Of a stretch of 64,000 nt of DNA, positions 46,512 through 55,241 are shown piece after piece. Under the pieces are notes generated by a model, which ran no database searches, was not told the DNA's origin, and saw nothing but the letters and a program-made list of their open reading frames with translations. The stretch comes from Candidatus Poribacteria bacterium (GTDB taxonomy: Bacteria; Poribacteria; WGA-4E; GCA-2687025). The translations under genes were made by a program, and so were the position numbers. Positions within the stretch are counted from its first letter, which is position 1. Each line of letters begins with the position of its first letter. Location of the stretch: contig OY762492.1 of assembly GCA_963665845.2 (NCBI GenBank), positions 2,496,001 to 2,560,000 of the forward strand, given 5' to 3'.

Positions 46512-47864
46512 TCAATCTTTTGGAAGAGGAACGCCGTCAGAGCGGGGTACTGCGTTATCGTCCAATGTAGGTTCGTGCATCATGTAGCTGGGCGAAGGAA
46601 TGCTGGGAACGATAGGATAGCGAGGCCCGTCAAGATCGTCTAGATGCGGCAGCTGTATCTGAGCTCCGTTGTCATCATTTTGATTGTCCCAGCCGCTGTG
46701 AAGGTTGGTATATCCTTGGACGGCATAATAACGCCCATCAGTAAGCGTCTTCATGTGCGGTACTGGGAATGAGAAACTCGTTTTGAATGCAATTCTGTCG
46801 GGAATTGCGCGATCATACGTCACGCCAAAATTATTCCAGACCGCGCCCGGCGCATCAAACTTTTCGTACCAGGAGGCTCGTCCGCGCATCTCTGTAAGGA
46901 TTTTTCCTGGACGGTCGTTGTAGTACCAGACCGTGTGAGAAGTGACAAAAGTGTAATTGTCGCCGCTAGTCTGAGCAATGGAATCCAGCGACAGATCGAC
47001 ATACCACCAAAGAAGCCCAAGATCCTCATAGACGCGGACATCGCGCGTCCAGGAATCGGAGCTTGCGTCGCGCGGCATATCGTTCTCCTTGATGTTTCCC
47101 CATATTATGGGGACGTTTGCCTCTTCCGATGCAGGATCATTGAGAAAAACGGTCGCGCTGATCGTATGTATTTTGCCGCCGTCTTTGGGCGACCCGTCGC
47201 CCGACACAAATCGATGAGGAACGCGGCTCTCTGTTCCTCCGCTGGTATCCTCATCAATCAGCTCTTTCCCGTCATACCATCGGACCGTATGAAACGGAAT
47301 GTTTGTGGTGAGCGTCAGGTCAAATTCTTCACCTACCGCGAAGCTGGACTGAAACGGCATCGATTGGATCCGTATCGGTTTCCAGACGGTGATGGTTTTT
47401 TCGGCGGCATCCTCATTTCCGTTAGCATCCTTGACGACCGCTCTGACGGCGACGAGGTTTCCGTCTGTTGAGCCCATGTTGTCGTACGCGTAACTGAACA
47501 CGCTTGTTCTGGCTGTGTTGTTGTCTGTCCACTCATGACTGCCGGCTGTCCATGTGACGCTGACAAAGTCCACATTGGTGTCGATTCGCATGGAGTGCGA
47601 TTCCCCTTCGATGGCGTCGGATGTGCAGTGGTAGGGGCCGATAGAGGCGATCTCAATCGGCGGCGGCGGCAGAACTGGCGGAGCTGGCGGAGCTGGCGCA
47701 GCAGCGTTGGCTGGCGCGCCGACGAAGAAAGCGGATGTTGCCGCAGCGAGGAAGACCAAAGCGGCTTTCACCAGCCGACTGACGCGGGGAAGGGACACAG
47801 CGGACGAGTCATGACGGTCGGTTCGTCCAAGAAGCGCGGACATGAGGTTTCGTATGCGTTTCAC
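46512..47864 (-). CDS. Hypothetical exported protein with beta-rich (Ig/PKD-like) modules
   Basis: Hydrophobic leader, Pro-rich linker, two related segments (IDTNVDFVSVTW / LTTNIPFHTVRW). Start uncertain. Confidence 0.6.
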   Translation of the reverse strand: MKRIRNLMSALLGRTDRHDSSAVSLPRVSRLVKAALVFLAAATSAFFVGAPANAAAPAPPAPPVLPPPPIEIASIGPYHCTSDAIEGESHSMRIDTNVDFVSVTWTAGSHEWTDNNTARTSVFSYAYDNMGSTDGNLVAVRAVVKDANGNEDAAEKTITVWKPIRIQSMPFQSSFAVGEEFDLTLTTNIPFHTVRWYDGKELIDEDTSGGTESRVPHRFVSGDGSPKDGGKIHTISATVFLNDPASEEANVPIIWGNIKENDMPRDASSDSWTRDVRVYEDLGLLWWYVDLSLDSIAQTSGDNYTFVTSHTVWYYNDRPGKILTEMRGRASWYEKFDAPGAVWNNFGVTYDRAIPDRIAFKTSFSFPVPHMKTLTDGRYYAVQGYTNLHSGWDNQNDDNGAQIQLPHLDDLDGPRYPIVPSIPSPSYMMHEPTLDDNAVPRSDGVPLPKD

Positions 47865-47931
47865 TTGATCGTTTCTAGACGGTTCATGCCGCCTGCATAC
47901 ACCTTACCATAAGTCGTTCGCCCGTGTTGCC

Positions 47932-48099
47932 GCCTTTTTGCCGATGCGCCAAAAAACGAACGCGCCGCCGCGTCAATCAGCCCCGCGTTGCGCGGTCCGA
48001 GTATCGCAACTTTTTTCATTAGCGCCCTTTCCATGTTGATGCGGTCGCGTCGGCTGCAACGGCACTATAACAGAAAAGGCGGGGCGGGGGAACTGGCGC
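47932..48099. repeat. B|A junction: copy of tricorn-downstream DNA fused to a copy of the dehydrogenase 5' end
   Basis: 47932-47971 matches 50831-50871; 47971-48099 matches 42799-42927. Confidence 0.88.
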
Positions 48100-48277
48100 A
48101 AATCGGTTTATTCCGATGAAATTCTTTTGGACACGGGCGACTCGTTGCGCTATTATATACGTGTGAAACGACTAATTGCGCTGGAACTCGAGAAGCCGGT
48201 GATCCCGACAACTGGAGACTCAGCGGAATGCCAAACCGACAGCCCGTCCTTTTGGACGGAAACAGAAAGGAAAGCTG

Positions 48278-48757
48278 ATGGGACAGAAGGATTTCTACGA
48301 AGACCCTGTGGTTGATCTTCGCTGGCGCGAAGGGAAGGAGAGACTGATCGCTGCTGCTAAAGCGCTGCAGAAAGCGGCGGGCAGCATGTTTGCTCATGAC
48401 ATGCGTTGCGCACGGGAAGGCAAATTCTCGGTCTACGCATATAACAGGAAGGCATACGAAAAAACATGCCCCGAAGAGTTCGCTGAGTTCCTAGCGGCGT
48501 GCAAGGAAGAGGCTCCTGAGCTGGCTCACTACTACTCAGATGAGTTCCGCCAGCACTGGCGGAACAAGGCAAAGATTCGGAGCACGGATGCGGAACTGCG
48601 AGAGCAGAGCGTGGACGAGCCGGCATGGCAACTCTCTCTCGTCCTTGACGATGATCGTTTCTGGTACAAGCTTTACATCGAGGCGTGCAGGGATCGAGAC
48701 GAGGAAGCGTATCAGGAATGGTTTCAGCGCAACTGGTTACGTAATCTCCGCCCATAG
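48278..48757 (+). CDS. Hypothetical protein
   Basis: 159-aa ORF with AAGGA RBS; no recognised motif. Confidence 0.55.
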   Translation: MGQKDFYEDPVVDLRWREGKERLIAAAKALQKAAGSMFAHDMRCAREGKFSVYAYNRKAYEKTCPEEFAEFLAACKEEAPELAHYYSDEFRQHWRNKAKIRSTDAELREQSVDEPAWQLSLVLDDDRFWYKLYIEACRDRDEEAYQEWFQRNWLRNLRP

Positions 48758-48855
48758 AAATCAGAGACGCCTGATGGCATTGACCTTCTGAAAAGCAAGG
48801 GGTAATAGGATCGGCGCGCCCCGCTGGATCGCGCGTTACAGCGGGGTGCAGACGC

Positions 48856-50283
48856 TCATTTCCGCGAAGATTCAAGCCGGGAGAGCAGATACTCTTGCGA
48901 GCGGTCGCCTTTGACCGAATTGCACGCCGCGCACAGCAGTTGCAGGTTCTCGTAGTGGTCGGAGCCGCCCTTGCTGCGCGGTACTTTATGATCGATGGTG
49001 AAATTCCTAAACGGAAACATGAATTTACAACCGCCGCAGCGACCCTCCTGCTCGCCGAACAGACGATGCTTATGCGTCCGATAATTCGGCAGCGCCCCCT
49101 GATCCGTCCGCTGCGGTATGTCCGTCCGGTGTATAAGTGGATGCTGCGAAAACAGCAGCGGGTTGTCCTGCTCTATGCGCGTCTTCACCAGCTCCGCCGC
49201 CTTCGCCGACAGGTCGATGCCCGCCCATTGACGACTCAGACGCTCCGCGGCGACGCACGCTGTCGCGCAACCGCAGAACGGATCAAGAACGAGGTCGCCC
49301 GCGTTGGACGACGCCCGAATGATGCGGTCTAGCAGCACCAACGGCTTCTGCGTCGGATATCCAACTTTCTCCTTTGATCTGGATTTCAAAGCCCCTATGT
49401 CGGCAATGATGTCCTGCGCAGCCATGCCCTTCATCTCATCAAGATACTGTTTAAAGCTGGGTACGGAGCCTCTCGGCGGCCAATAGATCCTGCCAATTTC
49501 ATCCAGGTACTCCAACGCTTCGATGGTCGATTCAGGAACATTCTCCGCCCCTGGAAAATTGCGTGGAATTGCCCAATGCCGCCCTTTTGAAGTGGGATCA
49601 TGACCGCGCCATGGTTGACCAGATTCGCCGTCTCGCGTTCCTGCGCCGGTCAGATCTCCCGTCTTGTACTTTCGTCCGTTGGCGTCTTCGCGTCGAAAAT
49701 TGTTTTTAATGTAGTCCTGATCATAAGGCTGATAAACGCGATTCCATCGGTATTTTTTGGATTTGGAATAAAACAGCAGAACATCATGAATGGGTCCAAA
49801 TCGGCGCGCTCCAGAATGCGCGCTGGTTCGTTTCCAAACAATTTCATTTCGAAAATTGTCCCGCCCAAAGACAGCGTCCATGATCAGTTTCAGATAATGG
49901 CTCGCCGTCGGGTCGCAGTGGAGATAGAGGCTGCCTGTGTCTTTCAGGATGCGCTTCATCTCGATCAGGCGAACCGCCATCATGATCGTGTAGGACTTCA
50001 TGCCGGATCCGTGCGCCGCGCCTGCCGCGTCGATGACGGCATACAAGGCAGGTTCGCGGTCGGCGATCTCGCCGTGCCATGCGAGGTCAATGTCGTCCAG
50101 CGTCCATGTATCTTTGAACGCGGCGCCTGCCGCTTCCGAGCCAACAGGCGCCGAGTATGTCCTGTTGGAGTTGAACGGCGGGTCTAGGTAGATCAGATCG
50201 ACGCAGTCGGAGTTCATGCCGCGCATGATGTCCAGGTTGTCGGCCGTCCACATGGTACGGTTGGCGAAGTTGGCGACGGTCAT
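48856..50283 (-). CDS. Beta-class DNA methyltransferase-HNH endonuclease fusion, second intact copy
   Basis: DPPF, YPTQKP, DPFCGCAT, CGGC..IDHKVPRSKGG..NLQLLCAACN. Confidence 0.92.
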   Translation of the reverse strand: MTVANFANRTMWTADNLDIMRGMNSDCVDLIYLDPPFNSNRTYSAPVGSEAAGAAFKDTWTLDDIDLAWHGEIADREPALYAVIDAAGAAHGSGMKSYTIMMAVRLIEMKRILKDTGSLYLHCDPTASHYLKLIMDAVFGRDNFRNEIVWKRTSAHSGARRFGPIHDVLLFYSKSKKYRWNRVYQPYDQDYIKNNFRREDANGRKYKTGDLTGAGTRDGESGQPWRGHDPTSKGRHWAIPRNFPGAENVPESTIEALEYLDEIGRIYWPPRGSVPSFKQYLDEMKGMAAQDIIADIGALKSRSKEKVGYPTQKPLVLLDRIIRASSNAGDLVLDPFCGCATACVAAERLSRQWAGIDLSAKAAELVKTRIEQDNPLLFSQHPLIHRTDIPQRTDQGALPNYRTHKHRLFGEQEGRCGGCKFMFPFRNFTIDHKVPRSKGGSDHYENLQLLCAACNSVKGDRSQEYLLSRLESSRK

Positions 50284-50284
50284 T

Positions 50285-50656
50285 TTATTTGTCGATGATG
50301 AGCGATAACGCTTGAAAGATGACGCCGATTGCTGCTAGCGTTGCCGTTATGCACACCAATGCAATCCCAATGAGCCACCTGAAGTGGGCTGTAAACTTGT
50401 CATTTTGCTTATCAATACGATCGTGAAGTTTCCGCTCAAGCGCATCGCGTCGCTTGTGTTGTTCGTTATTGGCTCCGTCAAAGCGCTCTGTGAGTTCATC
50501 GAATCTCTTATAGGCGGCGCCTTGAAACTCCTCCACCCGTCCCATCCGTGCCTCAACGCCTTCGGCGGCGCTTCGAAACCCAGCATTCACTCTCTCATTG
50601 AGAGCTGCCAGTTGACGCTCAAGCGTGTCGACTCTTTCCCCGACCTTATCGTTCAT
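50285..50656 (-). CDS. Small coiled-coil protein with C-terminal TM helix
   Basis: Heptad-like helix, then FRWLIGIALVCITATLAAIGVIF; AGGAAGGA RBS; abuts the MTase start. Confidence 0.65.
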   Translation of the reverse strand: MNDKVGERVDTLERQLAALNERVNAGFRSAAEGVEARMGRVEEFQGAAYKRFDELTERFDGANNEQHKRRDALERKLHDRIDKQNDKFTAHFRWLIGIALVCITATLAAIGVIFQALSLIIDK

Positions 50657-50872
50657 GTTGCGCGTCCTTCCTGTTTGGATGCCCCTGATCATACAACAGA
50701 TTTCTGTTTCGTTCAAGGCATTCGTCTGACCTTACGTCTTTAGTTGGGACATTCCGTTCGGCGAGCGCGGATGTCATCTGCGGCGCCTCTGGATTCCCGC
50801 TTACGCGGGAATGACGGTCTGGTTAGCGGAGCCTTTTTTGCCGATGCGCCAAAAAACGAACGCGCCGCCGCC

Positions 50873-53800
50873 TCAATCCTCCGAGCGCGGCGGAAGCGTC
50901 GGCAGCGGAAGGCGCGGACGCCGCTGCAGCTCCGGCGCGCGCGGCGGGTTCTCCGCTATCAGCCCCAAAATGACCTCGATCCCCCGCTCCATCTGCGGAT
51001 CCCTCCCGGCAACATAATCATGCGGCGCATACGGAACCTCAATATCGGGGTCCGTCCCGTAGTTCTCCACGCCCCACTCCACATCCTCAAACCAGAACGA
51101 GTACTCCGGCTGCGTCGTATGTCCGCTGTCGACAAAGCGCGACTTCGGGCTGATGCCGATGACGCCGCCCCATGTGCGTACTCCGATGAGCGGTCCCAGC
51201 CCCATCAGCTTGAAGCAGTGCGAAAAGATGTCGCCGTCCGAGCCGGCGTTTTCGTCGGTCAACGCTGCCATCGGTCCCAGAACCGAGTCGCCGGGGTAGG
51301 GGCGCGCGACGCCGTACCGCGGCTGCGTATAGGCGATGCGTTTGCGCGCCAGCTTCTCCAGCAGCAGCTGCGACACATGCCCGCCGCGGTTATGCCGCAC
51401 ATCCACAATGAGCGCCGGGAAATCCAGCTCCGCCAAATAGGCGCGGTGAAACTCCGCATAGCCGCGCACGCCCATGTCCGGTATATGGACGTAGCCGACC
51501 TGTCCGTCGGTCCGCTCATGGACATACCGCCTGTTTTGGACGACCCATTCGCGGTAACGCGCGCCCGCTTCGGAACCGATCGGTTTCACGGCGACGGTTC
51601 GCTCGTTGCCGTCTTCGCCGCGGACGACCAGCTCCGTCTCCTGTCCGGCGAGGTTCACCAGCGCCTCGCTCGGCGACGACAGCTCCGCCGCCGGCAAGCC
51701 CGCGACCGACAGGATCACATCCCCCGGCTGAATGTTGACGCCCGCGCGGCTCAACGGCGAATCGGAGCCGTCGTTCCAGCAGTCCCCCTCCACGATGCGC
51801 CGCACGGCGAACCCGTTCTCCGCCCGTTCAAAGTCGGCGCCGAGAAAGCCTTGCCCGTAGTTCGGATGCGAACGGTAATCGCCGCCCATCTCATACGCAT
51901 GGGAGGTTCCCAGTTCGCCCTGCATCTCCCACATGAGATCGGCAAACTCGGTGCGCGTTCCGACCCGCTCCAGCATCGGCAGATACCGCTCATAGACGCG
52001 CTCCCAGTCGACGCCGGACATGTCGTCTGTCCAGAAATGGTCGCGCTGGAGCCGCCACGCCTCGCGGTACATCTGGCGCCATTCGTGCAGCGGAACGACG
52101 GAGGGTTTGACGCGGTTCAGGTCGATCCATCCGTCGCCGCGGTTTGTTCCGCCGCCGTCGCCCGGTTTGGCGCCCGCCTTGACGACGCGGATGCGGTTGC
52201 CGGCGCGGTAGGTGAGCGTCTTGCGGTCGCGCGTCAGGCTGAATCCGTCCAAGCCCTTCACCAGAACCTCTTTTTTCTGGTTTTTAAATTCGTATGAGTG
52301 CAACTCAACGCCGCCGCCGCTCCCCGGCGACGGGCGCGACAAAATGAGCGCTTTTCCTTCGATGCCGTCGATCTGCGAGTACACGCCCGCCGGGAACGGA
52401 AACGCGATCGCCCGCCGTTCAATGCCCTCAAAGTCGATCTCGATCCGTTTTTCCTTCTTCTCCTCTTTTTTCTTTTCCTCCTTCTGATCGGCGTCCTCGT
52501 CCGCTTTTTTGTCCGAGTCGCCGCCGTCTCCGTTTTCTTCAGCGGCGCCGTCCTTCTTTTCCGACTCGTTTTCCTTTCCGTCCTTCTCTTTTTTCTTGTC
52601 ATCTTTTTTGTCGAGCGGGCGCGGCTGCGGCACAAACGGATGCGCCTCGTCCGCCTTCAACGTCAGCAGATACGGACGCATCGACTGCAAAAAGGTCAAC
52701 CCGAAATGATGCTGATTGTAGACCGGGTTGAACTCCCGACTGGAGATGAAGTACAGATATTTGCCGTCAGGGTCCCAGCCGGGCGACCCGTCCCCGAACT
52801 CGCGGTGGGTGACGACGCGCGCCTCGCCTGTCTCGATGTTGACGATTTTGATGGAGGCGGTCTGGCGCGTCGCGGCGAACCCGTAGGCGATCCAGCGCCC
52901 GTCCGGCGACCATGCCGCGCCCCAAATGTTCATATAATCGCTCTTGTCGAGTATCTTCAGCGTCTTCTCTTCCAGGTCGATGAGAAGCAGCTCAAAGCGG
53001 TTGTTTGTCAGCAGGAGCTGGTCTTTTTTGGGCGACACTTCGAGGCGGTTCGGGCGTCCGATGTCCAGCCCGTCTAGGCGCACAGGTTCCGTTTTGCCGT
53101 CCGCGGCGTGTATTTCAACCGCCTCCTCGCCGCCCGCGTCCGAGAGGGCAACGATGCGCTTGCCGTCGTTCAGCCACTCTGCAAGTCGGCGCCGCGCCGC
53201 AAAGGGCGCGCTGTCCCGTTCGCCATGCTGCGCGACGGCGCCTTCCCAGTTCGCCATCGAAAACAGCTTTCCGCGCGCCGTCACAGCGACCGCATGCCCG
53301 TCCGGATGCAGCGCATGCCCATGCAGATACTGGGACGCGCTCACAAATTTGCGCTGCCGCTGTATGAACGGGCTTCGGTAGTCGATCTCGATTTGGCGGC
53401 TTTCGCCGTCGTCCAGGTCTAAAAAGAACAGATCGCCGCCGGCGTGGTACACGATGCGGTTTTCGTCATGGGACGCCGAGCGGGCGTAGTAGGTTTCATG
53501 GTCGGTGTGCCGGCGCAGGTCGTCGCCGTCCGGCAGGCAGGAGTAGATGTTGCCGAAACCTTCATGGTCGGCGATGAAATAGACGCGTCCATCGATCCAC
53601 ATCGGGGCGGCGTAGTTTGCGTCGACAGGGTTGAGCCGTTCAAAGAGGCCGTCTCCGTCCGCATCGATCCAGAGCTGTCCTGCTGTTCCGCCGCGGTAAC
53701 GCTTCCACCATGACGGGTCGCGTCCGGCGTGGCGTCCGAGTACGACCCGCCCGTCCGGTCCGTAGGCGATGCGGGCGGCGGGTCCGTAGGGCAGTTTTTG

Positions 53801-54172
53801 AGGCAGCCCGCCGTCCGGCGAGACGGTCCAAAGCTCTTGGACATGGGCGTAGGGTCCGTGGGCGTTGCTGGAATAGACGATGCCGCCTTCTGGACTCCAT
53901 GCGGCGGTCGCGGCGTTGCCTGCCTGATAGGTGAGCCGCTTCGCCTCTCCGCCGAGGGACGGCATGATATACACTTCGCTCGGTCCTTCTTCCCGCGCGA
54001 TGAACGCGGTTCGCGTTCCGTCCGGCGAGACGCGGGGCCATGAAACCGGCCCGAGGTTCGATGTCAAGCGGCGCGGAATTCCTCCGCCGACCGACACGAT
54101 CCATAAATCGTCTTCGCAAACAAAGGTGACATCGTCGCCAAACAGCGCGGGTGAGCGGTAATAACCTGCCAT
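50873..54172 (-). CDS. Tricorn-type S41 family protease
   Basis: FVCEDDLW, WKRYRGGTAG, GELGTSH, GYVHIPDM, DVRHNRGG, AGSDGDIF, GVRTWGGVIGI, VENYGTDPD. Confidence 0.95.
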   Translation of the reverse strand: MAGYYRSPALFGDDVTFVCEDDLWIVSVGGGIPRRLTSNLGPVSWPRVSPDGTRTAFIAREEGPSEVYIMPSLGGEAKRLTYQAGNAATAAWSPEGGIVYSSNAHGPYAHVQELWTVSPDGGLPQKLPYGPAARIAYGPDGRVVLGRHAGRDPSWWKRYRGGTAGQLWIDADGDGLFERLNPVDANYAAPMWIDGRVYFIADHEGFGNIYSCLPDGDDLRRHTDHETYYARSASHDENRIVYHAGGDLFFLDLDDGESRQIEIDYRSPFIQRQRKFVSASQYLHGHALHPDGHAVAVTARGKLFSMANWEGAVAQHGERDSAPFAARRRLAEWLNDGKRIVALSDAGGEEAVEIHAADGKTEPVRLDGLDIGRPNRLEVSPKKDQLLLTNNRFELLLIDLEEKTLKILDKSDYMNIWGAAWSPDGRWIAYGFAATRQTASIKIVNIETGEARVVTHREFGDGSPGWDPDGKYLYFISSREFNPVYNQHHFGLTFLQSMRPYLLTLKADEAHPFVPQPRPLDKKDDKKKEKDGKENESEKKDGAAEENGDGGDSDKKADEDADQKEEKKKEEKKEKRIEIDFEGIERRAIAFPFPAGVYSQIDGIEGKALILSRPSPGSGGGVELHSYEFKNQKKEVLVKGLDGFSLTRDRKTLTYRAGNRIRVVKAGAKPGDGGGTNRGDGWIDLNRVKPSVVPLHEWRQMYREAWRLQRDHFWTDDMSGVDWERVYERYLPMLERVGTRTEFADLMWEMQGELGTSHAYEMGGDYRSHPNYGQGFLGADFERAENGFAVRRIVEGDCWNDGSDSPLSRAGVNIQPGDVILSVAGLPAAELSSPSEALVNLAGQETELVVRGEDGNERTVAVKPIGSEAGARYREWVVQNRRYVHERTDGQVGYVHIPDMGVRGYAEFHRAYLAELDFPALIVDVRHNRGGHVSQLLLEKLARKRIAYTQPRYGVARPYPGDSVLGPMAALTDENAGSDGDIFSHCFKLMGLGPLIGVRTWGGVIGISPKSRFVDSGHTTQPEYSFWFEDVEWGVENYGTDPDIEVPYAPHDYVAGRDPQMERGIEVILGLIAENPPRAPELQRRPRLPLPTLPPRSED

Positions 54173-54248
54173 GCAAACGGCTCCTTACGATTTGAAACAA
54201 CGTACTTTTTCTATCATACCCGAAAGCGCGCCCCATTGTAAGCGCGCC

Positions 54249-54840
54249 GACCTTAAGTCTTTGGTTGAAACATGCAGGCGGGCGGACGCGAGATGGAGGG
54301 CGGGATGGAGAGTCTTTGAACTAGGATGGAAGGATTGAAAAGATTGCCAAGAATATCGATCTTTTCTATCTTTTGAATCTTGGAAATCCTAGTTCAGACG
54401 ACGGCTAAGATTCCCGCCCGTTTTACCGCAGGGGCGGGAATGCATGTCCTCGCAGACGCGGGGAACCGCCGTTTTCACGGGGCAGGCTATGGAGGGCGCG
54501 GGTTTCCTAGACTCCCCTTGAAAAGGGGGGCTGGGGGGTTTTCCGCGGACGCGGGGAAGGTCTGGTCGGCGGCGCCTTTTCTCATAAATAAGGCGCCATG
54601 TCAGCGGGCAGTACCTACAGGCGATGATTTGACTTTAGAAGTCCGTTTTGGAATGCGGAGCTTGTCTGGAAAAAACTCTGGATTCCCGCTTACGCGGGAA
54701 TGACAGCCGCCCGATGACAACCGTAAGGCGCGGGTCTCTAGACTCCCCCCTTGAAAAGGGGGGCAGGGGGGGTTTTCCGTGGACGCGGGGAAGGTCTGGT
54801 TGACGGCGCCTTTTCTCATAAATAAGGCGCCATGTCAGCG
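54249..54840. repeat. Mosaic repeat cluster (MITE-A end, MITE-B at 54317-54395, MITE-C left part, ~100-bp duplicated unit)
   Basis: TGAACTAGGAT...ATCCTAGTTCA; GGCAGTACCTACAGGCGATG; duplicated CTAGACTCCCCC..CCATGTCAGCG. Confidence 0.85.
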
Positions 54841-54847
54841 ATTTTTC

Positions 54848-54876
54848 TTGACGCCTCGGTTTCTATCGGTTATAGT
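54848..54876 (+). promoter_or_regulatory. Sigma70-type promoter of the tRNA cluster
   Basis: TTGACG-N17-TATAGT, 9 bp before tRNA-Thr. Confidence 0.7.
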
Positions 54877-54885
54877 ATCTTGTGC

Positions 54886-54960
54886 GCTGGCGTAGCTCAG
54901 AGGTAGAGCAGCTGATTTGTAATCAGCCGGTCGGAGGTTCAATTCCTCTCGCCAGCCCCA
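54886..54960 (+). tRNA. tRNA-Thr(TGT)
   Basis: GCTGGCG/CGCCAGC stem, TT-TGT-AA loop, CCA. Confidence 0.95.
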
Positions 54961-54967
54961 CAGATGT

Positions 54968-55052
54968 GGGAGGATACTCAAGTGGTCAACGAGGGCAGAC
55001 TGTAAATCTGCTGGCGAAGCCTTCGGGGGTTCGAATCCTCCTCCTCCCACCA
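54968..55052 (+). tRNA. tRNA-Tyr(GTA)
   Basis: GGGAGGA/TCCTCCC stem, CT-GTA-AA loop, variable arm, CCA. Confidence 0.95.
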
Positions 55053-55058
55053 CCGCTT

Positions 55059-55133
55059 GCGGACATAGCTCAGTTGGTAGAGCCCCAGCCTTCCAAGCTG
55101 GTCGCAGGGGTTCGATTCCCCTTGTCCGCCCCA
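55059..55133 (+). tRNA. tRNA-Gly(TCC)
   Basis: GCGGACA/TGTCCGC stem, CT-TCC-AA loop, CCA. Confidence 0.93.
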
Positions 55134-55241
55134 TGTTCTCGGCGCGCCGCGTCTTGCGTCCGCCGCCTCAATCCAGTATCCTATAAACGCTTTCTAACGT
55201 CGAAAGACGAATGTACGCAACGTAAACGGTAGGAGAGTTCA

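Noticed and set aside
50744-52297. 517-aa plus-strand ORF and similar long antisense ORFs
   Set aside because: Shadow frames of GC-rich genes on the opposite strand, here tricorn protease.
52440-52610. Lys/Glu/Asp-rich insertion in tricorn protease
   Set aside because: A low-complexity charged linker at this position is common in bacterial tricorn homologs.
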